Below, one piece after another: positions 9,266-16,661 of a stretch of DNA of 28,081 nucleotides. The position numbers were made by a program, and so were the translations under genes. Position 1 is the first letter of the stretch. Each line of letters begins with the position of its first letter. The notes beneath the pieces are model-generated. The model was not told the DNA's origin. It was given only the letters and a program-made list of their open reading frames with translations, and made no database searches. Origin of the DNA: a virus (taxonomy: Duplodnaviria; Caudoviricetes); the IMG/VR virus record IMGVR_UViG_3300032239_000487, positions 1 to 28,081 of that record; one strand, written 5' to 3'.

Positions 9266-9556
9266 ATGAACGAACTCACTCAATACATGGCTACTGCTAA
9301 TCGCATCCGCAAGCAACTCTGGCAGCCGGAATTCAACCTCAATGTCGTTTGGCACCGTCTTGCACTTGCTGAAAAGCTGGAATATGACCTAAGTCCTGAG
9401 AACCTGTCATGCGACGGTGAGTTTGCGCCAGGCAGTTGGAAAATCCGTCAACGCGAACTTTTCCTCACCCGTGCCCAGCAGCAACTTGCGTTGGTAGAAG
9501 AGCATGAAATGAAACATGACATGTTGATGGGCGGAGAGTTCCCTATCGGAGAATAA
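9266..9556 (+). CDS. Hypothetical early protein (96 aa)
   Basis: Start moved to ATG 9266 (GGAG SD); the track's TTG at 9209 is the -35 box. Confidence 0.75.
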   Translation: MNELTQYMATANRIRKQLWQPEFNLNVVWHRLALAEKLEYDLSPENLSCDGEFAPGSWKIRQRELFLTRAQQQLALVEEHEMKHDMLMGGEFPIGE

Positions 9557-9559
9557 GGC

Positions 9560-9588
9560 TTGACATTCTAAAAGGAATGTTGTATTCT
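9560..9588 (+). promoter_or_regulatory. Sigma70-type promoter TTGACA-N17-TATTCT
   Basis: -35 at 9560-9565, -10 at 9583-9588; AAGGAG SD before ATG 9619. Confidence 0.7.
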
Positions 9589-9618
9589 ATATAAGTAAGC
9601 TGAATCAAGGAGAATCTC

Positions 9619-10839
9619 ATGGCTCGTCCCAAAGGCAAAGTTGCAGTTAATCGCAAGATCGGTGTAGTTAATAAATCTACCAATCTTCTCGTGAAGGATC
9701 TTGTTCCTAAGGATGCGGATCTGGTTCACTATGGTGCTGAGCCTAACTTCTCTGATCGTCAGCCTGAGCCTGAACGCCGCCAAAGTGAACTCGGCCAGGC
9801 ATATAACTGGTATTCTAAATTTTACAGTGTCAAGGAAGCTAAAGAATTTCTGATTCGTTATCTAGAGGACACTAAGCAGACTGATAAGGCCAAGCTCGTC
9901 CGCAAGGCTCCGGAAAACAAGATTTCCACCTCAGTTGGCTGGGCCGCCCGTATTGCCACCCGTGGTCTCATTCTTGATGAACATCAAGTTGAACGCATCA
10001 ATAAGCAAGTTGACAAGCTGGTAGAGATCGTCAAGGCTGAAGCTGCTGAAGCTAAGAAAGTTGAAACAAAGACCAAGACTGTAGAGCGCCCGAACATACA
10101 AGAGATCATGCGTGAGCGAGCATCCGAGGCTGCCGGAGATACTGACAGCATCTTTGATGAATTTGCTGCCGCTGGGTATCCTAAAGATTTTGAGACGAAG
10201 GATCGTGTCGTCGGCTTCTTCAAGGAAGGCAATGTGCTTCCGCAGCATATGCCGAACATCATCAAGTTTTGGCAGCGGCTGCGTGATGAGTATGTTGAAC
10301 TGCAAGCAGGAACCTGTGAGCAACTGAACGAAGGTTATGCTCACATGACCAAGATGCAGGTCAAGAACACTCTCAAGTTCATTGATCAAGTCATCGCTGA
10401 TCTCAACGGGTATGTTGCACTTAAGCAAGCGACTAAGAAGCTGCGTGTTCGCAAGGCTCCTCCAGTGGAGAAGATCGTCGCAAAGCTGAAGTATATGAAG
10501 GAGTTCAAGGATGCTGCTCAAAAGCTGGATCTCGTGAGCCTTCATCCTGTGAAGCTTCATAATGCTACTGAGGCTTGGATCTATGACTCTGCTCGTCGCA
10601 AGCTCTATCACTACATTGCCGACGACTACAGCAAGTGCCTAACGATCAAGGGCAACACTTTGCTCGGCTTTGACAAGCAGCAGAGCGAGATGAAGACACT
10701 TCGCAAGCCTGCTGAACAACTGAAGGGCGTTATCGGTAGCAAGCCTGCTGCTCGTAAGTTCTTCAAAGACATCAAGTCAGTGTCCGCGATCCCGAACGGT
10801 CGCTTCAATGACAAGATGATCATCCTGAAAGCATTTTAG
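9619..10839 (+). CDS. Hypothetical basic protein (406 aa), probably highly expressed early/middle gene
   Basis: Strong SD, own promoter, strongly AAG/CGT/GCT-biased codons; Lys-rich C-terminal domain (IKGNTLLGFD..SEMKTLRKP). Confidence 0.85.
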   Translation: MARPKGKVAVNRKIGVVNKSTNLLVKDLVPKDADLVHYGAEPNFSDRQPEPERRQSELGQAYNWYSKFYSVKEAKEFLIRYLEDTKQTDKAKLVRKAPENKISTSVGWAARIATRGLILDEHQVERINKQVDKLVEIVKAEAAEAKKVETKTKTVERPNIQEIMRERASEAAGDTDSIFDEFAAAGYPKDFETKDRVVGFFKEGNVLPQHMPNIIKFWQRLRDEYVELQAGTCEQLNEGYAHMTKMQVKNTLKFIDQVIADLNGYVALKQATKKLRVRKAPPVEKIVAKLKYMKEFKDAAQKLDLVSLHPVKLHNATEAWIYDSARRKLYHYIADDYSKCLTIKGNTLLGFDKQQSEMKTLRKPAEQLKGVIGSKPAARKFFKDIKSVSAIPNGRFNDKMIILKAF

Positions 10840-10852
10840 AGGAATGGGTACC

Positions 10853-11074
10853 ATGAAACTATTTGCTACTATCTATCTAAAGGGACATCTTATCGCAGCT
10901 ATGTTTTTGGGACAGGGCGCGACTATGCATGACTGCAAACAGGTAAACGCACACTACGCTAGGATCCTGCCCTCCGCCCCTTTTATCAAGTCGGGCGAGG
11001 CTAAGATATCCGATATTCGTCTATCATGCGAATGGCATGATCGCAGCCCCTTAAAGAATGGAGTAGAACTATGA
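10853..11074 (+). CDS. Hypothetical small protein
   Basis: GAGGA SD spacing favours ATG 10853 over 10844; ATGA overlap with the next gene. Confidence 0.6.
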   Translation: MKLFATIYLKGHLIAAMFLGQGATMHDCKQVNAHYARILPSAPFIKSGEAKISDIRLSCEWHDRSPLKNGVEL

Positions 11075-11523
11075 CAGATAAGATTGACTTAAACAAGTAT
11101 AAGGACTTTGTTGAGGCGGTGACGAGTGCAGAGAGCAATGATCTCACTTCGTTCATGAATCGTCTCGACAGGCTTGACGGCAACCATGAGTTATTTGAAG
11201 GTGAGACTGAGGCACGGCATGGGCCTGACATCAATGTCTCCCTTCTTATCACCGGGGCATTGGGATTAGGTAGCGAGTCGGGTGAATTTCAAGAGATCGT
11301 CAAGAAGATGCTCTTTCAAGGTAAGCCGCTCACGGAAGAAAATCTCTTTCATATGAAACGTGAGTTAGGAGACATTATCTGGTATTGGATCAGCGCCTGT
11401 CGTGCGTTGGCGCTTGACCCTAACGATGTCATCGCAGAGAATGTGCGTAAGCTGTCTGCACGATATCCAGGTGGATCGTTTGATCCATTTTATAGCGAGA
11501 ACAGAAAAGAAGGTGACCTATGA
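11071..11523 (+). CDS. mazG: MazG-like nucleoside triphosphate pyrophosphohydrolase
   Basis: ALGLGSESGEFQEIVKK, KRELGDIIWY, NVRKLSARYP: all-alpha NTP-PPase motifs. Confidence 0.9.
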   Translation: MTDKIDLNKYKDFVEAVTSAESNDLTSFMNRLDRLDGNHELFEGETEARHGPDINVSLLITGALGLGSESGEFQEIVKKMLFQGKPLTEENLFHMKRELGDIIWYWISACRALALDPNDVIAENVRKLSARYPGGSFDPFYSENRKEGDL

Positions 11524-11720
11524 CAGAAGCAACATATGTAATATGCTATAAGCACAGAAGTGAATGGGAAGATGAAAATCACTCGGCATTTACTATTCTT
11601 AGAGGAAATGAGCCGTATGATGGGATGCTTGCAATAAACAAGACCACTCCTAGTGGAATTCCAATGTACTGCTATCCGGAAGACTTAGAATATTTTCAGA
11701 ACAAGGAAGGTGACCTATGA
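11509..11720 (+). repeat. 15-bp direct repeat GAAGGTGACCTATGA (11509-11523 and 11706-11720) flanking a small gene
   Basis: Read directly; both genes end in ...KEGDL* and both copies supply an SD and an ATGA coupled start. Confidence 0.85.
11520..11720 (+). CDS. Hypothetical small protein (66 aa)
   Basis: ATGA-coupled to mazG; AAGGTG SD. Confidence 0.7.
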   Translation: MTEATYVICYKHRSEWEDENHSAFTILRGNEPYDGMLAINKTTPSGIPMYCYPEDLEYFQNKEGDL

Positions 11721-11927
11721 ACTCTGTGATAGCACCTTTTATCGGGGGGCATTATCGGTAGCATGTTAATGGGATTTGCCATTGGCCAGGCGGCTGGCAA
11801 GCAGGCAGGTAATGCACATCTACAAGAAATAGCGATACAGCGTAATGTCGCTCAGTATAATCCAAAAACTGCTGACTTTGAGTTCAAGCGTTGTCCAACT
11901 GATACTACTACGATCTTGCCTAACTAA
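11717..11927 (+). pseudogene. Small membrane protein gene interrupted by a frameshift in a G6 tract (11744-11749)
   Basis: As given it reads MNSVIAPFIGGHYR*; removing one G gives a 69-aa ORF MNSVIAPFIGGIIGSMLMGFAIGQAAGK...AQYNPKTADFEFKRCPTDTTTILPN* with a continuous N-terminal TM helix. Confidence 0.65.
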
Positions 11928-11938
11928 GGATACGTAAA

Positions 11939-12892
11939 ATGAACGCACCAATTTATGGAAAAAAAACCATAGCAAAAGATGGATTTGAATATAGAAGTAT
12001 GTTTGAAGCTGAATTTGTTAATAAGTTTTTGATAGCACACGACATAAAATATGAACGTGAGAAGTTATATTCTGACACTACTAAACACCGCTGTGACTTC
12101 TATTTGCCGGATTATGATGTTTGGATAGAGTGTGTGTACGAACCGTGTGTTCTAGCAGAGACATATAAGTTTGGTTTACATGACATTGAATTATCTATTC
12201 CTGTAGCAAACTTGCCTGCCCAGCGTAATGCGTTGAGTATCGGTGGCAAAATAAGTAAAAAAACAATTACACATCAGAAATGGATCATTCCAAAAAGCCG
12301 CATCCCACAAAAGGGGATACCTTATTTAGAAAGATATATGGATGCGGCATTGCTGGAGTGTACGTATAACTCCTATAAAGCAAATATGACTGAAAATTAT
12401 AATCATGACCTATCAACAAAACTATTGATGTATACTGATAGGTACACTATTATACAGGTCAACTATGCTGATTTAGAAAACAAACCTGCACATATTTCTG
12501 ATCTTATCAGAATAAAGAATAACGAGTTATTCTTGCGGTTACAGAATGAAAAACCGAATTTGATTTCAAATGAAATACAGACTACCTTACTAAGGACAAG
12601 CAGCCCTCGTTGGAATCAAAACGGCGCGCCGCCCCCAAAAGAAAATAAAGCTAAAGTTAGAAAGTCAGAATCAGAGGATATAATTTTTCTTTCTGACGGA
12701 ACTCCGTTATACTCACTTAAAAAACTCAACGAGCTACAAAAAAGTACAGGATGGCAACCTAATAAGAAAATAGTGGATAAAAGTAAACGCTTGCATATGT
12801 TTACTAGCGTGTTGAATACATGTACTACTATTGAATTAGAATTTTACGTCACCGTATTAACTGAAAAGTTAAATGCCCGTGCCAAAAAATAG
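11939..12892 (+). CDS. Putative endonuclease with N-terminal PD-(D/E)XK (T7 endo I-like) domain
   Basis: YRSMFEAEF...KYERE...RCDFYLPDYDVWIEC; AAGGA SD; more AT-rich than its neighbours. Confidence 0.65.
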   Translation: MNAPIYGKKTIAKDGFEYRSMFEAEFVNKFLIAHDIKYEREKLYSDTTKHRCDFYLPDYDVWIECVYEPCVLAETYKFGLHDIELSIPVANLPAQRNALSIGGKISKKTITHQKWIIPKSRIPQKGIPYLERYMDAALLECTYNSYKANMTENYNHDLSTKLLMYTDRYTIIQVNYADLENKPAHISDLIRIKNNELFLRLQNEKPNLISNEIQTTLLRTSSPRWNQNGAPPPKENKAKVRKSESEDIIFLSDGTPLYSLKKLNELQKSTGWQPNKKIVDKSKRLHMFTSVLNTCTTIELEFYVTVLTEKLNARAKK

Positions 12893-12929
12893 AATCAGTT
12901 TAGATTCATGTACAGGCAGTGTGTTTCTT

Positions 12930-12937
12930 GATAAATA
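12930..12937 (+). promoter_or_regulatory. T4-type late promoter (GATAAATA)
   Basis: Upstream of AAGGA SD and ATG 12956. Confidence 0.7.
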
Positions 12938-12955
12938 ACATTGAAGGAAACCACA

Positions 12956-13741
12956 ATGACCGCAAATATCTTAGGCACACCAACTAACTATAACTTAGAT
13001 GAACTGAAGCAAGCAGTTTTTGAAAATGTCCGTCTTCGTTTAGGCGGCGGGATTGTTGATCTTGAACTAGACCCAGAGCATTATGAAGCTGCATACAACT
13101 ATGCGATAAAAATCTATCGTCAACGTGCAGAGAACGCGGTACAAGAAACATACACTCTGATGACAGTTGTCAAAAATGTTGACACGTATACGCTCCCAGC
13201 AGAGTTCATCAATGTGCGCTCACTGTTTAGACGCACAGTGGGTCTAGAAACAGGTCCATCTTCATCGTCGTTTGATCCGTTCTCAAGTGCGATTCTCAAC
13301 ACCTATCTGTTGAATTATAATTACACAGGTGGCATGGCGACATACGACTTCTACGCTGGCTACGTTGAACTAGCAGCACGAATGTTCGGTGGTTATCTGA
13401 CTTATACATTTGATCCTGTGACCAAGCTACTTCGTATCACTCGTGACTTCAAGGGTACCGGAGAGCGTATCCTTATCTGGGCAGACATTCAGAGACCAGA
13501 AGCAGTTCTCATTCAAGATCCAGGTGCTGGTGTTTGGATCGCTGACTATATTCTAGCAACTTGTAAGGGTATTATAGGAGAAGCCCGTGAAAAGTTTGCT
13601 AGTATCGCTGGTCCAGGTGGCGGCACTTCATTGAACGGGACAGCGATGAAGGCAGAGGCAAAGGCTATGCAGGAAGCACTGATCCTTGAACTCAAGAATT
13701 ATGTAGATTATTCGCAGCCCCTGACATGGATACAGGGCTAA
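12956..13741 (+). CDS. gp13: Neck protein, T4 gp13-like
   Basis: LRLGGGIVDLEL, WIADYILATCKGIIGEAREKF, GPGGGTSLNG motifs; start moved from TTG 12941 to ATG 12956. Confidence 0.88.
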   Translation: MTANILGTPTNYNLDELKQAVFENVRLRLGGGIVDLELDPEHYEAAYNYAIKIYRQRAENAVQETYTLMTVVKNVDTYTLPAEFINVRSLFRRTVGLETGPSSSSFDPFSSAILNTYLLNYNYTGGMATYDFYAGYVELAARMFGGYLTYTFDPVTKLLRITRDFKGTGERILIWADIQRPEAVLIQDPGAGVWIADYILATCKGIIGEAREKFASIAGPGGGTSLNGTAMKAEAKAMQEALILELKNYVDYSQPLTWIQG

Positions 13742-13742
13742 T

Positions 13743-14192
13743 ATGAGAATCAGCGAGCTTCTTGAATCCAAATACGATTATTCGTTAGCTGATTATGAAT
13801 CCACTCCCTATGATCCTAGATTTGAGTGGCGGGCCAATGGCCGGGATGAACCTCACATTGGTCCTCAAGAAGGTAAAAGTCTTAATCTTATGCTTAAGGG
13901 CATTAAACCCGCCAGCGCCATCAATAGTCTTGGTGATGAAATGGAATTGTTCAAGCCATACATTGAAAAGGGTATTATTAAACTAGCCGCAAAAGGCGAA
14001 GGTCCGAGTCACGGTCACCATCTTGTCATACTTACGCTTCCCGGTGAGGAATGGCGTGGCCCTCCACTAGTAAAACTATTTCGACAAGTAACCGTAGACA
14101 ACAAATCGTCTAATACAATCCACGCTAAAATCGGAATGTTGCTAGGCTTACCAAAAGAATCAATTCGTTATTTTTTGAAAACTAGGACTTGA
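13743..14192 (+). CDS. Hypothetical protein (MRISELLES N-terminus; possible internal head protein)
   Basis: 149-aa ORF starting 1 nt after the gp13 stop; C-terminal HAKIGMLLGLPKESIRYF. Confidence 0.75.
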   Translation: MRISELLESKYDYSLADYESTPYDPRFEWRANGRDEPHIGPQEGKSLNLMLKGIKPASAINSLGDEMELFKPYIEKGIIKLAAKGEGPSHGHHLVILTLPGEEWRGPPLVKLFRQVTVDNKSSNTIHAKIGMLLGLPKESIRYFLKTRT

Positions 14193-14274
14193 TAACACTC
14201 ACTCCTTGTGCTATATTATAAGAATGATCATAGCAATCGCAAGCCAGTCTTCAAATGAGTGTGTTATTAGGTGA
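14189..14274 (+). pseudogene. Relic promoter plus truncated 5' end of the dNMP kinase gene
   Basis: TTGATA-N17-TATATT, then ATG 14224 MIIAIASQSSNECVIR*; 14218-14245 matches 15005-15032 (kinase MIISIAG) at 24/28 nt. Confidence 0.6.
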
Positions 14275-14292
14275 TATTTTTAACGATTTAGG

Positions 14293-14334
14293 TTGACATC
14301 GGTTACCCGTTTTGCTATATTAAATCATAGACAG
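14293..14334 (+). repeat. Repeated early-promoter cassette, copy 3
   Basis: 40/42 identical to copies 1 and 2; followed by AAACACACAAACGGAG, as in copy 1. Confidence 0.92.
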
Positions 14335-14358
14335 AAACACACAAACGGAGCTAACATC

Positions 14359-14676
14359 ATGTCTGCTGGAAAATATAGTCCTACTGTTTCTCATTCATAC
14401 GATATGGATCAAAAGTGGTGGTACAAGAACGGTGGTGGTTACGGCAACGGGAACAATCCAGACTCCGAGTGCGATAACGATGGCTACGATAGCTATGGTT
14501 ACAGCGGCGATCTTGGTCAAGGTCCTGACCGCGCCGGTCATTGCGAAGATGATTATCTGGGTTGCGGCAAGTGGGTTGAGTACGGAGACGACGAGCATTA
14601 TTGCTATCCGTTGCTCGAAGATGTGCAAGATGATTGGTCTGGCAAACTTGCTGCTGGCAACAAGCACACAGTTTAA
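14359..14676 (+). CDS. Hypothetical early protein, G/D/Y-rich (105 aa)
   Basis: ATG 14359 with GGAG SD; DNDGYDSYGY...GPDRAG motif; the track's TTG at 14293 is the -35 box. Confidence 0.75.
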   Translation: MSAGKYSPTVSHSYDMDQKWWYKNGGGYGNGNNPDSECDNDGYDSYGYSGDLGQGPDRAGHCEDDYLGCGKWVEYGDDEHYCYPLLEDVQDDWSGKLAAGNKHTV

Positions 14677-14689
14677 TAGGAGATATGAT

Positions 14690-14998
14690 ATGGGACTAGA
14701 TAAAGATATCCAAGCATTGTTGGATGCAGAAGAGCAGGCAAAGCAACCTGAGTTTACTGAGGAAGATGTCCGACAACTTATTATCTATTGGACTACTCTT
14801 GGAGTCGGGAATCACATTACCGGTGACCAAATGTGGGATTTAATCCGTAACGTACAAGACACCAATCCCAAACTTTGGGAAGCGATTCAAGCTATGATTA
14901 CTGCGACGGGCTATGGTCCCAGCCCTTGGTCTAGACATGTCAAGTTTAATAACAAGTACGGTCCTAAACTAACGCTTGACATTAAATCAACCCTGTAG
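14690..14998 (+). CDS. Hypothetical early protein (102 aa)
   Basis: AGGAG SD before ATG 14690 (MGLDKDIQALL...); the upstream part of the track ORF overlaps the previous gene. Confidence 0.75.
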   Translation: MGLDKDIQALLDAEEQAKQPEFTEEDVRQLIIYWTTLGVGNHITGDQMWDLIRNVQDTNPKLWEAIQAMITATGYGPSPWSRHVKFNNKYGPKLTLDIKSTL

Positions 14999-15004
14999 TA
15001 TCAT
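14976..15004 (+). promoter_or_regulatory. Sigma70-type promoter TTGACA-N17-TATCAT
   Basis: -35 at 14976-14981, -10 at 14999-15004; kinase ATG 6 nt later, with no SD. Confidence 0.7.
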
Positions 15005-15010
15005 ACAAGA

Positions 15011-15649
15011 ATGATTATATCAATCGCAGGCCTAATCGGTTCAGGCAAAGACACCGCAGCAGATTATCTCTGCACTGTGCATGGCTTCAAGCGTATGAGC
15101 TTTGCTGGTACATTGAAGGATGCTGTTGCGGCTGTCTTTGGTTGGGATCGTGAACTTCTTGAAGGTTCAACTAAAACCAGCCGTGAATGGCGTGAGCAAG
15201 TTGACGAATGGTGGGCGAACCGTTTAGGTATCCCTGATCTTACTCCACGATATATCCTACAACAATGGGGCACAGAAGTTTGCCGCAAGGGATTCCACAA
15301 CGACATCTGGGTCGCATCTGTAGAGAACAAACTACGTAGCACCAAAGACGATATCGTACTCACTGATTGTCGCTTCCCCAATGAACTTGATGCTATCAAG
15401 AATGCGGGCGGCGTCACGATGCGAACTCACCGTGGTGAGAATCCTGAATGGTATTCTTATGCTGAGTTGCATAACACCATTACTAATGTAGGACAGCGTC
15501 TATTATGCATGTCAAAGCTAGACTATTACAATGTTCATGCCAGCGAATATTCCAGTGTCGGTCTAAAATACGATTACCATCTAGATAACAACGGAACGGT
15601 AACTGAATTGCATGAACAACTAGAGAACATCCTATCGGTCAACAAGTAG
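15011..15649 (+). CDS. gp1: Deoxynucleoside monophosphate kinase (T4 gp1-like)
   Basis: P-loop GLIGSGKDT, SFAGTLKD, TPRYILQQWGTE, TDCRFPNE, HASE, NNGT motifs. Confidence 0.93.
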   Translation: MIISIAGLIGSGKDTAADYLCTVHGFKRMSFAGTLKDAVAAVFGWDRELLEGSTKTSREWREQVDEWWANRLGIPDLTPRYILQQWGTEVCRKGFHNDIWVASVENKLRSTKDDIVLTDCRFPNELDAIKNAGGVTMRTHRGENPEWYSYAELHNTITNVGQRLLCMSKLDYYNVHASEYSSVGLKYDYHLDNNGTVTELHEQLENILSVNK

Positions 15650-16504
15650 GTCTCCCCTCTTCCAATTAACCTCTCGTCGCTTTACAACTTCAACACAATT
15701 CAAGCATATAGATTTAAGATTGGTAAAGTTTACATTAGTTAAATTTCCGTCGATGTGAAAGACGGTCAATTGGCTGCTATATGAGGCTTTAAATCCACAA
15801 CAATCACACGTTGTCTTTTTTTTGTAACCGGATCTTTCCCAGGTGTGTATTTTTGGCTTTTTGTTGGTTTTCTGTTTACCGCAACTATCACATATTTTTC
15901 TGTAATGTGTTTTTCCTTTTCTAATATAGTTTATTGCACATGGTTCTTTATTGCAACGAGAACACATCGGTCTAAGATCAGCTAGACTGTTAGGTAAATG
16001 ATCAGCTTGCTCAAGGCCTAACAGTCTTTTTTTGTGGCGTATCGTTTGATCCTTTATTTTTTTTAGATAGGCTAAGTCTTCTGCGGTGGGAACACCAGAA
16101 GCTATCCTGTCGTTTCTTTCTCTTTCTGCTTTTTCTCTTTCCGCTTTTTTGGCGTTAAGTTTTTCTCTATTCTTCGGAACACCATATGGTGCTCCGCTGC
16201 CCATTCTACCACCCTCAGTTATGTTCCAGCCTATATTTCTTGTTGGCCGCAACAGGAGTTCTTTGTCATAGCATTCCGCTTCTGTTCCGGAAAAAAGTAT
16301 TTGACTTTTCATAGAGTCTTTACCGCATGTACTGACGGTCTCTATAAGATTACTATTGTGATGGTTACCTTTTTCTGCCCTACGTAAATGGGTGGCTATT
16401 CTGGATGTTGGATTTTTAGATACCCCGATGTAGCCTTCGGATTCGGGATCGGTGTGGATATTTAAATGTATCCAGTATACGGATGCTTCGGGATTGTCAT
16501 TCAT
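15632..16504 (-). CDS. GIY-YIG domain fused to a Zn-finger/HNH-like domain (290 aa)
   Basis: N-terminus VYWIH...GYIGVS..P..R...H...E..LRP..NIGWNITEGG; C-terminus has four CxxC pairs and VFHIDGNLTN...NLKSICLNC; start moved to ATG 16504, after the late promoter. Confidence 0.78.
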   Translation of the reverse strand: MNDNPEASVYWIHLNIHTDPESEGYIGVSKNPTSRIATHLRRAEKGNHHNSNLIETVSTCGKDSMKSQILFSGTEAECYDKELLLRPTRNIGWNITEGGRMGSGAPYGVPKNREKLNAKKAEREKAERERNDRIASGVPTAEDLAYLKKIKDQTIRHKKRLLGLEQADHLPNSLADLRPMCSRCNKEPCAINYIRKGKTHYRKICDSCGKQKTNKKPKIHTWERSGYKKKTTCDCCGFKASYSSQLTVFHIDGNLTNVNFTNLKSICLNCVEVVKRREVNWKRGDLLVDR

Positions 16505-16509
16505 TATGT

Positions 16510-16517
16510 TATTTATC
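16510..16517 (-). promoter_or_regulatory. T4-type late promoter (GATAAATA)
   Basis: 5 nt upstream of ATG 16504; divergent from the sheath promoter. Confidence 0.65.
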
Positions 16518-16584
16518 AAAACAATTAACAATTTACATTTAAAGGTCTACTTAATAGTCTAAGGCACTATTTTTTGTGAAATAA

Positions 16585-16592
16585 ACTAAATA
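16585..16592 (+). promoter_or_regulatory. T4-type late promoter (ACTAAATA) for tail sheath
   Basis: Followed by leader hairpin CTCAGAA/TTCTGAG (16603-16621) and AAGGA SD. Confidence 0.65.
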
Positions 16593-16661
16593 CTTTTACA
16601 AACTCAGAACAAAATTCTGAGCCAGGTAGTAAACCTCAAAATATTACAAAGGAAAACAAAT

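Noticed and set aside
1326-9606. GAATC (GANTC, CcrM-type methylation site) just after several -10 boxes
   Set aside because: Two of the four instances are copies of one repeat, copy 3 lacks it, and the host is unknown; too weak to support.
9931-10611. 226-aa antisense ORF, and other short antisense or overlapping ORFs in the track
   Set aside because: Shadows of codon-biased sense genes; no SD, promoter or protein motif seen.
8719-14334. 42-bp repeats as a CRISPR array, with the 1331 nuclease as Cas4
   Set aside because: Copies are 490 bp and 5 kb apart with whole genes between them, and they are consensus promoters; the nuclease lacks the Cas4 four-Cys cluster pattern and no other cas gene is present.
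9209-14358. Track ORFs starting MTSVT(L/R)FAILNHRQ at 9209 and 14293 as a shared signal peptide
   Set aside because: This is the promoter repeat translated from the TTG of the -35 box; SD-supported starts are 9266 and 14359.
14432-14689. Hydrophobic N-terminal extension of the 188-aa track ORF
   Set aside because: Alternative frame of the G/D/Y-rich gene; the AGGAG SD points to ATG 14690.
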